Positions 52,278 through 62,279 of a stretch of DNA of 64,000 bases are shown here, in pieces (the stretch's first letter is position 1; each line of letters starts with the position of its first letter). The notes under the pieces are model-generated. The model worked only from the letters and a program-made list of their open reading frames with translations, had not been told where the DNA came from and ran no database searches. The translations under genes were made by a program, and so were the position numbers. Origin of the DNA: an uncultured Gammaproteobacteria bacterium (GTDB lineage Bacteria > Pseudomonadota > Gammaproteobacteria > UBA9214); the NCBI GenBank assembly GCA_963748215.1, contig CAVVHS010000007.1, positions 160,001 through 224,000 on the forward strand. The letters are read 5' to 3'.

Positions 52278-52514
52278 CAGAGGACAGACTGGATAAATGA
52301 GGTCAGAGCACAATTTCTCTCAGTTAAGTCCATGGATAAACGCATTGCACGAAGCGGTTGATAGTGACAGGACATGAAAGTCATGTACCACTGTACGAAC
52401 AGAACATACCTTCTCCCGGAGGGAGAGGGAGTATGTGGGACACAAGTGGGCCGGGTACGTTTTTCACTACTATAAACGACATATGTGCACTGACTTTATT
52501 CATTCCATACTCCG

Positions 52515-53551
52515 GTGAGCGGTGAAAGCCAGCAGGCAGCAAGTCCCGGCGGCCGCGGCAAACGGCTTGCATCCGCCGTCGGCTGGGGTGTCGTCCTGCT
52601 CGTCATCCTGGCGGGGAGCCGGTTCATGACCGGTATGCCCGGCAGCTCCTGGTCGGGACCGTTGCCGCCCCTGACCGGTGAGCAACAGCGGATCCATGAC
52701 AATCTCAAGCGCCATGTTGCGGAGCTGGCCGGCCGCATCGGCGAGCGCAACGTCTGGCGCCCCGAGGCCATGACGGACGCCGCCGGTTATATCCGCAAGA
52801 CCCTGGAAGACGCGGGCTACGCGGTCAGTGTCCAGCCCTTTACCAGCCGCGGTCAGACCGTGAACAACATCGAGGCCGTACTGCCCGGGCACGGTGCGGC
52901 GGATGAAAGTCATTGTCGCCGGGGCGCATTACGATTCGGTGGTCGGCTCCCCGGGGGCCAACGACAATGCCTCGGGGGTGGCCGCGCTGCTGGAACTTGC
53001 CCGCTTGCTGGCCGGGACGGCGCTGCCGCGTAGCGTGCGCTTCGTGGCCTTTGCCAATGAGGAAGCACCGTTCTTCTACGGTGATGAGATGGGGAGCAAG
53101 CGGTATGCCGCCCGTGCGCGTGCCCAGGGCGAGCGCATCGCGGCGATGCTCTCGCTGGAGACGATCGGTTATTACACCGATCAGCCGGCCAGCCAGCGCT
53201 ATCCCTTTCCGTTCAACCTGTTCTACCCCGATACCGGTAATTTCATCGGTTTTGTCGGCGATCTCTCGTCCTGGCGCCTGGTGCGCCGGGCGACCGGGGC
53301 CTTCCGTGCCTCGACGGCCTTTCCCTCGGAAGGCGTGGCGGCACCGCGCGCGACGAAGGGTGTGCACTGGTCGGACCACTGGTCCTTCTGGGAGGCCGGA
53401 TACCCGGCCATCATGGTCACGGACACCGCGCTGTACCGTTACCCGCATTACCACGCAGTCGACTGACACACCGGACAAGCTGGATTACACCGGCCTGGCA
53501 CGGGTGACCGGCGGGCTGGCGGAGGTGATTGCGGCACTGGCGGGGGAGTAA
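52515..53551 (+). pseudogene. M28-family peptidase with two apparent frameshifts (pseudogene or sequencing indels)
   Basis: Continuous M28 motifs over three frames: NNIEA / GAHYDS, PGANDNASG, NEE, SDH, YH / DTPDKLDY; shifts near 52907 and 53457. Confidence 0.85.
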
Positions 53552-53563
53552 CAACAATAAAAA

Positions 53564-53990
53564 GGGGTAGTGCCTTTTTCTTGGTAGCATGATCGAGGAA
53601 TAAGGAATGGTGCGTAAAACGCACCCTACAATTTAATGCTGGCCCTCTAAACTGGAGCAGTTCGTTGGGTGAATTAAAACAGGACGTAGTGCCACAGCTG
53701 TCGCACATAATCTTCAGGAAGGTGTATTGAATGCGGCTATTCCAGTGATCAGATTGTGGGCAGTACGTGGACATGACATTCCAGAACAACAATGATGTCA
53801 TACCCGCGAAGGCGGGTATCCAGTAAGTCACTGATTAGCAGGGGCACAAAGGTTCCTGGATTCCCGCCTTCGCGGGAATGACGGCTATGTGGGACAGCAG
53901 TGGGGCAGTGCCCTTTTCCTGGTAGCATGATCGAGGAATAAGCAGGGTGCGCTGTGCGCACCATTCCCGGTGCGTGAAACGCACCCTACA
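53564..53990. repeat. Repeat mosaic: 41-bp direct repeat, GTAG REPs and a GTCAT-type palindromic pair
   Basis: GGGG(T/C)AGTGCC..TTTTC.TGGTAGCATGATCGAGGAATAAG at 53564 and 53902; GTCATACCCGCGAAGGCGGGTATCCAG...CTGGATTCCCGCCTTCGCGGGAATGAC. Confidence 0.8.
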
Positions 53991-54080
53991 ATTTAAAAAT
54001 AAATGGGGGTCAGATCCCGGTTTTCACTAATATTCACATGCAAACGCGCACCAGCCTGGATTTTGTCTTGAAAGCTCATC

Positions 54081-54584
54081 ATGATCATTCACTGCACCCG
54101 TAAACTCGCTGCAAAGCTACCCGTGGTATCCGGCACGCCATTGACGGAAACCAGTCCGCTGGGCAGCTGGCATGCCAACCTGTACAGCATTGACCGGCGC
54201 AACTGTGTGCTGTTCTGCCACGACGAGCTGCGCTACACGCTGTTCCTGCCCGGCCTGCGCAAGCCGCAGTTCGCGGAGCTGGGCCGCTGGTTCCGGGAAT
54301 TGTTTACGGCATCGCTCGCGTATACGGGTATGTCCGATAACCAGGTGCGGCGCGCGGAACTCGCGTTGGGTCCGGTTGCGTTCGATACCTGTACCGACCG
54401 CTCGGTACTTGGCAGTCTGAACCAGATGCGTTTCCTGCTGGATGGCCGGGTGAGCGAGGTCAGCGATGTGATGTTGCTCAATCCGCTGTCGGTGAATCGC
54501 TGGTTGTGTCATTACCCGGTGCGCCGTGGCAAGGCGGTCTGGATGGCGGATGAGGCCATGTGTGAGCGGGTGGCGACGTTGTGA
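54081..54584 (+). CDS. DUF6933-like hypothetical protein
   Basis: MIIHCTRKL...PLGSWHANL...DRR.CVLF...TDRSVLGSLN. Confidence 0.7.
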   Translation: MIIHCTRKLAAKLPVVSGTPLTETSPLGSWHANLYSIDRRNCVLFCHDELRYTLFLPGLRKPQFAELGRWFRELFTASLAYTGMSDNQVRRAELALGPVAFDTCTDRSVLGSLNQMRFLLDGRVSEVSDVMLLNPLSVNRWLCHYPVRRGKAVWMADEAMCERVATL

Positions 54585-54609
54585 CGCGGAGGTTCTACAG
54601 TCATTGGAG

Positions 54610-54691
54610 TAATTGGGGACAGACCACGTTTTTCTCTGAAAGATTGCTGACTTCGTCTTCCTTGCAGAAAAACGTGGTCTGTCCCCAATTA
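54610..54691. mobile_element. Mini inverted-repeat element, GGGGACAG type
   Basis: 26-bp perfect IR TAATTGGGGACAGACCACGTTTTTCT / AGAAAAACGTGGTCTGTCCCCAATTA. Confidence 0.8.
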
Positions 54692-54729
54692 CCAAAATTA
54701 CCAAAGGCATTGGTTATACGGAGGCAGAT

Positions 54730-55251
54730 ATGATGGAGAAGCTGGCACGCATCGGCAATAGCAGACTCTACTGGCTGGCAGTGGCATTGATCGGAATCTC
54801 GTTCGAAGCGGTTGGACTGTATTATCAGCACGTGCTCGAGGAGATGCCCTGTGTGCTCTGCATCCATGTGCGTCTCTGGCTGATGGCCCTGATCATTGTT
54901 GCGCTGCTGGCGCAATTACAGCTGCGGCTGAGATTCAAACCGATACCGGTGCATCTGCTGACGGTGGTGATTGCAGCGGGGCTGCTGGAGCGTTCATACC
55001 AGCTGCTCGGCACGGAACGCGGCTTTGTGGTCGGGGACTGTGGCTTTGACCTGGGACTGCCGGCCTGGTTCACGCCCGATGCGTGGCTGCCGAGCCTGTT
55101 CCAGGTGCAGGTCTCATGCGGTTATACGCCGGAGTTGCTGTTCGGCGTCACCATGGCGCAGGCCCTGATTGTGGTGTCCGCCAACTTTTGTGATGATCAC
55201 TGTCACCATGCTGGTGGCGGCTGGTGCGGAGCCTCACAGGTCAGCTACTGA
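54730..55251 (+). CDS. dsbB: DsbB-family disulfide bond formation protein (probable 3' frameshift)
   Basis: PCVLCIHVR plus a second Cys pair; the last TM helix continues in another frame near 55182. Confidence 0.8.
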   Translation: MMEKLARIGNSRLYWLAVALIGISFEAVGLYYQHVLEEMPCVLCIHVRLWLMALIIVALLAQLQLRLRFKPIPVHLLTVVIAAGLLERSYQLLGTERGFVVGDCGFDLGLPAWFTPDAWLPSLFQVQVSCGYTPELLFGVTMAQALIVVSANFCDDHCHHAGGGWCGASQVSY

Positions 55252-55389
55252 ATAATCGGGGGCAGACTGAGTTCGTGGGGTGCGCTGTGCGCACCATACC
55301 CGGTGCGTGAAACGCACCCTACAATTTAATGAATAAAAACAGGAGTCAGACCCTGTTTTCGGGCCTGATCCCATTGAAGGAATTTATTC

Positions 55390-56472
55390 ATGCACATCCT
55401 GGTTCTTGTCCTCGCCTGGCTAACTCCGGCACTGATCGCCGAAATGCTCGGCTGGCGTGGTGTCTGGGGCGGTGGGGGTGCATTCGGTGATTACATCATT
55501 CCCATACCCGTCGCGGGTGGCGCAATGCACGTGCCCAGCTTTGTGGTGCTGGCAGTGGTCGTATTCGCGAACCGGCGCAGGACCGAAGCCGGGCGAAGCT
55601 TCCTGCCCCTGTTCGCATTTTGCATTGCCGCCGCGGGGCTCGCCGCCATGCTCGATTTCGATCGTCTGAACAGCTGGCTGTTCACGGATTACGAACCCTC
55701 TGGTTCGCCGTTCCGGTTTGATAGCAATCCGTTTTTCCTGTTCGTGACGACTGACGCACTCTGGGCCGGCATTTACTCGCTCACGATCGGCAAGGCCTCG
55801 CCGGTACGTAGCTGGTTGGTATTGCCACTCGTGCCATTCGTGGTGATTGCAGGCCACGCCCTGGCTTACCGCACGGGCGGCCCGGTGTTCAAGATTGGTC
55901 ACGCGTTTCCGGGCAGTTCACGGGGAGAGGAGACCTTGATGATCTATACCTCGGCACCCTACGAGGAGGCGGGATTCCTCGCTTGGCTGGATACGAGTTC
56001 GCTGTCGCGGCCGTGGACAAATCCCAATGCCGAGCACGTCGCCGTGGTTTTTACGAACAGCCTGCAGGCGATGAAGTGGCATTGGAAAAAAGATGCAGAA
56101 ACGGGTGATGAACACATCATTGCGACCATCTGCCTGTACGAAGAAGACCAGTCTGTGGTCCCGTACGCGGGATACCACGACTGTTTCGCCGGGCACGAGA
56201 CAGCCGGTGAGACACTGGCCAGGCTCACCACGGAGGAATCGACGGGACTCGGTCGCGACATCGATAGCTGGTATGCGCTGGCCCGCCTGTGCGACGACGT
56301 CAAAATCCCGGACACGCCGTCAACGGATATCGAACGGGTGGGTATGTGCCAGGGCATGCACCGTGTCTATCCCAAACGTCTGCGTCAGTTTATAGCGCGG
56401 TACGGCGAGGACTCGCCACAGGTTCGTTTCGTCCGCGCAGAAGATGCAGCGCGGAACCTGTCTGCACCGTAA
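55390..56472 (+). CDS. Hypothetical membrane protein with a Cys-containing soluble C-terminal domain
   Basis: About 5 TM helices, then a hydrophilic domain; AAGGA RBS. Confidence 0.75.
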   Translation: MHILVLVLAWLTPALIAEMLGWRGVWGGGGAFGDYIIPIPVAGGAMHVPSFVVLAVVVFANRRRTEAGRSFLPLFAFCIAAAGLAAMLDFDRLNSWLFTDYEPSGSPFRFDSNPFFLFVTTDALWAGIYSLTIGKASPVRSWLVLPLVPFVVIAGHALAYRTGGPVFKIGHAFPGSSRGEETLMIYTSAPYEEAGFLAWLDTSSLSRPWTNPNAEHVAVVFTNSLQAMKWHWKKDAETGDEHIIATICLYEEDQSVVPYAGYHDCFAGHETAGETLARLTTEESTGLGRDIDSWYALARLCDDVKIPDTPSTDIERVGMCQGMHRVYPKRLRQFIARYGEDSPQVRFVRAEDAARNLSAP

Positions 56473-56531
56473 TCAAGCGCTATGGTAATGACCGGGGTCA
56501 GATCCCGGTTTCCTCCGCCGGTTTTACCTGC

Positions 56532-56712
56532 GCGTGAAACGCACCCTGCAATTCAAGGCTGGCCTTCAAACTGGGGCAGTTCGTGGGGTGCGCTGTGCGC
56601 ACCCTTCCCGGTGCGTGAAACGCACCCTGCAATTTAAGGCTGACTTCTAACCTGGAGCAGTTCGTGGGGCGCGCTATGCGCACCCTTCCCGGTGCGTGAA
56701 ACGCACCCTGCA
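56532..56712. repeat. Tandem REP-doublet array, 81-bp period
   Basis: GCGTGAAACGCACCCTGCA at 56532, 56613 and 56694; same unit type at 59015-59147. Confidence 0.88.
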
Positions 56713-56766
56713 TTTAATGTTGAATAATGAAGGGAATTATCGGGGGTCAGCGCACAATTTCATACC

Positions 56767-56824
56767 TTATTTGGCCATGATGATTCCGCAGGCGTCGCGT
56801 GAAACACCTGCACAGCCATGCTTG
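56767..56824 (-). pseudogene. Fragment of the 3' end of a sodC homologue
   Basis: 48/54 nt identical to 58076-58129; encodes KHGCAGVSRDACGIIMAK*. Confidence 0.85.
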
Positions 56825-56864
56825 CGCACGATTAAATGGGCGCTGACCCCTTTGACCGATCGTG

Positions 56865-57713
56865 TTATTCAGTCGGACTTTGCGTGTCATTCTGCGTGCG
56901 ACTCTCGAGCTGCCCCAGTTCGGCCTCGAGTTTGGTCAACGCTTCCCTGTACGTCCCGACCTGTACCCTGGCCGCAGCGAGTGCATCACCGGCGGTGCTG
57001 GCCCTGATTCTTTCCTGCGCCAGTTCCTGTGTAACCGCTTGGAGTTCAGATTGCAGTGTTGCCAGTTGTTCGTCCCGGCTGGCGAGTGCGCTGTGCAGCT
57101 GGTTGCGTTCCGCGGTGAGAGACTGGTTATGTGCCTGATGGTTATTGATCAGCTGGTGCTGCTGTTCCAGTGTGGCGCTGGAGGTGTTCAGCGTTTCGAC
57201 CAGTTCCGTCACGCGCACCCGCAAGGCCTGTTGCTCGCGGCTACAGTACGTCATCTTGTCGGACAGTGATGCTTCGGTTGCAAGACTGTCCTGCAGCTCG
57301 TCGCGTAACTGCTCAAGCATGCTGCGGGCCTCGTCGAGTTCGCTGCTTTTAGCCGTCAATTGTTCCTGTGTCTGCTTCAGTTCGGCGCTGAGGGGATTTT
57401 CCCGTGCTGCCGGGGCCGTCGCAGGCGCCGCGGGATAGGCCTGGTATTGGCCGCCCGGTGGATAGTGAGGCGGGAATTGACCATAGCCCTGTTGAGGCGC
57501 AGGCCAGCGAGGGGCTTGTTGCCAGGTTTGCCCATACCCGCCCGGGTAGGAGGGCGGATACCAGCCCGGCGCAACGCCGCTGGCGGGTACAGGCGTTTGT
57601 CCGGCCGGTGCGGCCGATGCGTTTGTTGCTGTGTCTTCCGGCCAGGCACTGCCGGGAAGGCTGCCGATCAGCATGGCGGCAGCAAGGACGACAAACGACG
57701 TCAATTTGTTCAT
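56865..57713 (-). CDS. Secreted protein with a Pro/Gln/Tyr-rich linker and a long coiled coil
   Basis: Signal peptide, PGGYGQ/YPPGGQY segment, ~170-aa heptad-rich region. Confidence 0.75.
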   Translation of the reverse strand: MNKLTSFVVLAAAMLIGSLPGSAWPEDTATNASAAPAGQTPVPASGVAPGWYPPSYPGGYGQTWQQAPRWPAPQQGYGQFPPHYPPGGQYQAYPAAPATAPAARENPLSAELKQTQEQLTAKSSELDEARSMLEQLRDELQDSLATEASLSDKMTYCSREQQALRVRVTELVETLNTSSATLEQQHQLINNHQAHNQSLTAERNQLHSALASRDEQLATLQSELQAVTQELAQERIRASTAGDALAAARVQVGTYREALTKLEAELGQLESRTQNDTQSPTE

Positions 57714-58071
57714 GACATGCCCCGTGTTTGAATTATTCTTGGTATCGGTAGCTGTTGATTTTACTCAAATCAAGAGCGAATCAAGGGCCCGGATACCTTC
57801 TTCCGTAAGGTATCCGGGCCCCTGGCTGCTTCATTGTGATCCCCACGGCAACTGCTCCTGCGTCGCCCAAGGCGCCTGCTTTGGGTGCACACGGCTCTGG
57901 CATGGCCCAGGCCAGTCTCTCGATCGCTGCGCGATCTCACCTTCTCCTGCCGTCGTCTCCCCAACCTTTCCCGGTGAATAGACCGGAGGGAGAGGGGGTG
58001 TGGGTCAGCAGAGAGCCAGCTTTTTTACAGGTATTCGGTCCCTTGTTGCTGGCCAGCCCTTTTTACTGACT

Positions 58072-58674
58072 TCAATTGGCCTTGATGATTCCACAGGCGT
58101 CGCGTGTACCACCTGCACAGCCTTTCTTGAGATCGCTTTCCTGGTCGCAGTAAGTATCTTCGTTGGTGTGAATGATAAAGCTGCTGCCGTCTGCGTCGAA
58201 CAGGCTCAGACGACCGGGGGACAGGGTAATCCGGTCGGTCGTATGCGTCATGGATCCCTTGCCGTTCTTTACCTCGATATTGACGAGATCGCCCATATGA
58301 TAGGGGTGATTGATGTCTGCTGCAGGCACCTCGTCGCCCGCGCTGTCCGGTCGCGTCTGACCGAATGGTCCCGGATCATGGTGACCTTTGGCTGCACTGC
58401 AGGGTTCACATGCACCCGTTTCGTGAATGTGCACCGCATGCTTGCCGTCAGGCAGGCCCTCTACCATGAGATGGACGATAACTGCCTTGATACCTTCGTC
58501 CGTCTCCTCTTCCGTGAGCATCGCAGTCCCCGAAATCTTCGGGTCTGTACAGCCTTTGATCTCGGACGTTGCGGTTAGCTGGGCGGCATATCCGGGCAGC
58601 GACAGGCAGGCCAGCGCCGCTGCAGCAATCAGGGACAGGCCGGCACGATGGGCGGATTTTGCTGGTGTGTTCAT
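58072..58674 (-). CDS. sodC: Periplasmic Cu/Zn superoxide dismutase
   Basis: HAVHIHE, GHHDP, HMGDLVN, IIH, GGTRDACGII; AAGGAGG RBS; signal peptide. Confidence 0.92.
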   Translation of the reverse strand: MNTPAKSAHRAGLSLIAAAALACLSLPGYAAQLTATSEIKGCTDPKISGTAMLTEEETDEGIKAVIVHLMVEGLPDGKHAVHIHETGACEPCSAAKGHHDPGPFGQTRPDSAGDEVPAADINHPYHMGDLVNIEVKNGKGSMTHTTDRITLSPGRLSLFDADGSSFIIHTNEDTYCDQESDLKKGCAGGTRDACGIIKAN

Positions 58675-58939
58675 CGATGACTCCTCCTTTTGTAGTTGTT
58701 CATCCGGTTTTCGGGAGCATACACCCGATTTGGAATTCGTGGGGCAGGACATTATTTTTTAGGAGCGCATCTCATGGCCGTTCCCGCACATGGCCCAGGC
58801 CAGCCTCTCGACCCGGGCTATGCCCGTAAAAACGGTCTCACCTTCTCCATGTGCTCCACGGCACTTGTACATGGCCCAGGCCAGTTTCTCGACCGGTTCC
58901 CGGTCTCACCTTCTCCTGAACATCGCGCGATAGATATTG

Positions 58940-59260
58940 GCGACGGAACCACACGGAAGAACACGGAAATATCAATGCAGGACCACTGCTGTCCCACATA
59001 AGCATCAGGAAAGTTCGTAGGGTGCGCTGTGCGCACTCTTTCCCGGTGCGTAAAACGCACCCTACAATTCAAGGCTGGCCCTCTAAACTGGCGCAGTTCG
59101 TAGGGTGCGCTGTGCGCACCATTCCCGGTGCGTAAAACGCACCCTACTACTGATGGCAAGGTTGTTGGCCGAATGAATTCGGCCCTGCAACGGTAATCTA
59201 CCCACGCGATTTGGGGATGAGCCAGTCAATGTATGTGGGACAGCAGTCGCTCTGACCCCC
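58940..59260. repeat. REP mosaic (81-bp units, CACGGAA module, ACTGCTGTCCCACATA / TATGTGGGACAGCAGT IR)
   Basis: Matches to 56532-56712, 51311-51380 and 53887-53901. Confidence 0.8.
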
Positions 59261-59375
59261 ATTTCCTGCGCATAAAACCGGATCCTGATCAGGGTGATAG
59301 TTGAATTGCCGAGTTTCTGCATGATCTTACCTGCAAATCATTGCCACCTCCCTTCCTGCTACCTATGATCCCCTT

Positions 59376-59610
59376 ATGCCGCTCTTCCGTTTTCACCCTG
59401 CCGTGGCGCGCTGGTTCACGGCGCATTTTGCCGGTCCGCCCGGTTCGGGCAAGACCCTGGCCGCGCCGTTGCCGAATGAGACCCGGGTGTTGTATGTCTC
59501 GCCGCTGAAGGCCCTGTCCAACGACATCCACAAGAACCTCGAGCTGCCGCTGAATGGTATCCGTGACCAGCTGCTGGCAGCGGGGCTGTTTGATGTGCCC
59601 ATCACGGCAT
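59376..59610 (+). pseudogene. Lhr-family helicase N-terminal remnant with internal deletions
   Basis: FHPAVARWF, PGSGKTLAA and VLYVSPLKALSNDI..NL..PL; the Q motif is missing and the ORF is truncated. Confidence 0.85.
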
Positions 59611-59713
59611 GCGAATTAAATAGGTTCAGAGCAAAATTTTCGCTAAAATCAAACAAGTATCCGGATCAAAGTCCGCCTGTCCCCCGGACGCCAACCCTTT
59701 GCCGACACACTCC

Positions 59714-60802
59714 ATGACACCCACCGAGATCTTCGAATCCCTGCGCCGTGATGTGATCGGGCAGGATGAGGCTCTGCGCGACATGGCCGTCGCCATTTAC
59801 AAGCACCTGATCGAGCACTCGGCCGGCAATGTGCTCATGATCGGCAATTCGGGCACCGGCAAGACCACCATCATGAAGGCCGTGGAACGGTTCTTCGCGG
59901 AGGCTGAAGGATATGAAAAATTCTCGACCATTATCCGCATCAACGCCAACCTCGTGGCTGACCTGGCGAACCGCGGCCAGCAGAGCAATGTGGTGATGGA
60001 CCGGCTGGCCCGCCACGCCGCCGAGCTCCTGGGTGAGAAGGCCGACCTGGAGACGGTGAGCGAGTACGTGGCCCACGGCATCGTCTGTGTCGACGAGGTC
60101 GACAAGATCCGCGCCGTGGTGGGCGGGGAGCCGAGTGTCAGAGGGATCACCGCCCAGGACAGCCTGCTCACCCTGATGGAGAACGAACATGTGCAGGTGG
60201 AGATGCGCTATTTCGAATCCGGCCGCTGGCATACGCAGGTCGAACCGGTCAATACCACACATGTCCTGTTCGTTGCCGGCGGCGCTTTCGAGGAGCTGTT
60301 TGACCAGGTGCTCGAGCGCGTCACCAAGCATTCCGGGATTGATAAATTCTACAAACAGGTGATCAGCGCCGACGGCAGTTACCAGCGCAAGTTTGAATTC
60401 AGGCTGAGTGAGCACCTGATCCAGGAAGATATCTTCAACTACGGCATGTCACCCCAATTCCTGTCGCGCTTCGACAGCACGATCATGCTGGGGGACCTGG
60501 GGGCTAAACACCTGGTGGAGATATTCAGGAATACGGAGGATGCCATATGGCCGCAGGCGGTAGAATATTTCCGGAAAATGGGTATCGACATGAACATCAC
60601 GGATGAAGCCGCCTTCCTGATTGCCGATATCGCGGCAGGCAAGAACCGGCTCGGTGCCCGTGCCCTGCGCGAGGTTTTTGGCTCGATTATCAAGCGGCTC
60701 GAGTTCGATCCCGTCGCCTCGGGGCTAGTGCAGGAGCGGGACGGCCAGCAGGTGCTCGTGATCACCCGGGAGATAGTCGAGGCGGCCCGGCAGGGCTATT
60801 AA
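59714..60802 (+). CDS. Atypical ClpX/HslU-like AAA+ ATPase
   Basis: VIGQDEA, GNSGTGKT Walker A, VDEVDKI Walker B, LFVAGGAF, LGARALR; no zinc-binding domain. Confidence 0.85.
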   Translation: MTPTEIFESLRRDVIGQDEALRDMAVAIYKHLIEHSAGNVLMIGNSGTGKTTIMKAVERFFAEAEGYEKFSTIIRINANLVADLANRGQQSNVVMDRLARHAAELLGEKADLETVSEYVAHGIVCVDEVDKIRAVVGGEPSVRGITAQDSLLTLMENEHVQVEMRYFESGRWHTQVEPVNTTHVLFVAGGAFEELFDQVLERVTKHSGIDKFYKQVISADGSYQRKFEFRLSEHLIQEDIFNYGMSPQFLSRFDSTIMLGDLGAKHLVEIFRNTEDAIWPQAVEYFRKMGIDMNITDEAAFLIADIAAGKNRLGARALREVFGSIIKRLEFDPVASGLVQERDGQQVLVITREIVEAARQGY

Positions 60803-61155
60803 CGGGGCTGGATACGAATTCTGTAGTTATTCATATTTTCAGGTCTTTTTTTGCAGCTGGGGACTAATACCTGAGTCATTTCCATGCTGGAAGTGCGGAG
60901 GCCCGTTGCAGGAACTTCTGTTGCCACTGGCGCGCCACGAGGAATGCCCGCACTGCCGGACGCAGCTGCACGTGCACCGGATGTGTGTGTATTTCGATAC
61001 GTCAAAATAAAGGGGTCGGATACATTATTCCGTAGATTTCCAAAAAAGTATTCGATTCCATTAACTCGGAAGTAATCAGGATAGTCATCCCCCCAATTAA
61101 TTAACCCCTTGTATGGTCGATAAGGTAATTTTCTTCCTTCAATCAGGACGATGTC

Positions 61156-62279
61156 ATGCTTATCAAACAAAAGGACAACTCCCTGGAGCAGATCGATTAT
61201 TTGCAGGACTTGCTTGAGCGTGACTTGCCTGAAAAAACAAAGGCTATGATCGAGCGTGAGCTTAAGTGCCTCTGTTCCGGTAATAAAGGTGAGGAGTCAT
61301 CTGCCTATTACCTCGATTTTTCGTTCAAGCCAGCCAAAAACTGGGCGCTGATCCATGATCTGCGGCTGGAGCATGAAGGGTTTGTGGCTCAGATCGACCA
61401 TCTACTGATCGGCAGGATGCTTGACATCTATGTCATCGAATCTAAGAACTACAACCAGGGTGTAGCCATTTCCGATGAAGGAGATTTCAGTTACTTCTAT
61501 GGTAAGAAGCCGATTCCGATCGAATCACCCATTGCGCAGAACGAGCGACATATTCGACTTCTGGACCGCTATTTGACCGAAAATAACCTCCTGCCCAAAC
61601 GTCTGGGTGTGACCCTGCGACCCAATTATAAAAACATCGTGCTGATATCACCGACCTCACGACTTACGAAGCCCGCTAGAGGGCTGTACGATTGCAGTTC
61701 GGTCATGAAGTCAGACAAGTTCAGGGAGCGTTTCATGATGATCTGAAAGATGATTCGCCCGCCGCGTTCATCAGTCTTGCCAAGCTGATTTCAGAGCATA
61801 GTCTGCGCACATTCGCCGAATCCCTGGTGCTGAGGCATAAACCGGCCACGATCGATTACCTGCAGAAATTCGGGCTTGCGGGTAACCCGCAGACAGATGG
61901 GGTCGCAGGTAACAATACACCTGAAACAGAAGTTGCTGCAGAAATGGTTGATCAGGATGCGATTGTCCCGGCTTGTCCGCGGTGCGGGGCAGATATGGTG
62001 CGACGTACGGCAATGAAGGGTAAAAATGCCGGTCAGGAATTTTGGGGCTGTTCAGGATTTCCCAAGTGTTGGGGGGTGCTGCAAGATGGTATCGAGAATC
62101 CAGCGCCCGCTGAAGTGTCCACTGATGTAGAGGAAATGCCCTGTTGTCCGAAATGTGGCGGTAGCATGATCAAGTGTATTGCCAGGAAGGGTAAGAATGC
62201 CGGTCAGGAATTTCGGGGATGCGCCAGCTATCCAAAGTGCAGGGGAGTGCTGGACCTTGCATTGGCTGCGAACAAATAA
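61156..62279 (+). CDS. NERD nuclease plus two topoisomerase-type C4 zinc ribbons (one frameshift near 61735)
   Basis: GEESSAYYL, IHDLRL, QIDHLLI, VIESKN; then CPRCG..M..R...FWGCSGFPKC and CPKCG...GCASYPKC in a second frame. Confidence 0.85.

Noticed and set aside
60799-61170. 123-aa minus-strand ORF
   Set aside because: Overlaps the NERD start, spans an IR-like site and has no recognisable motif; probably spurious
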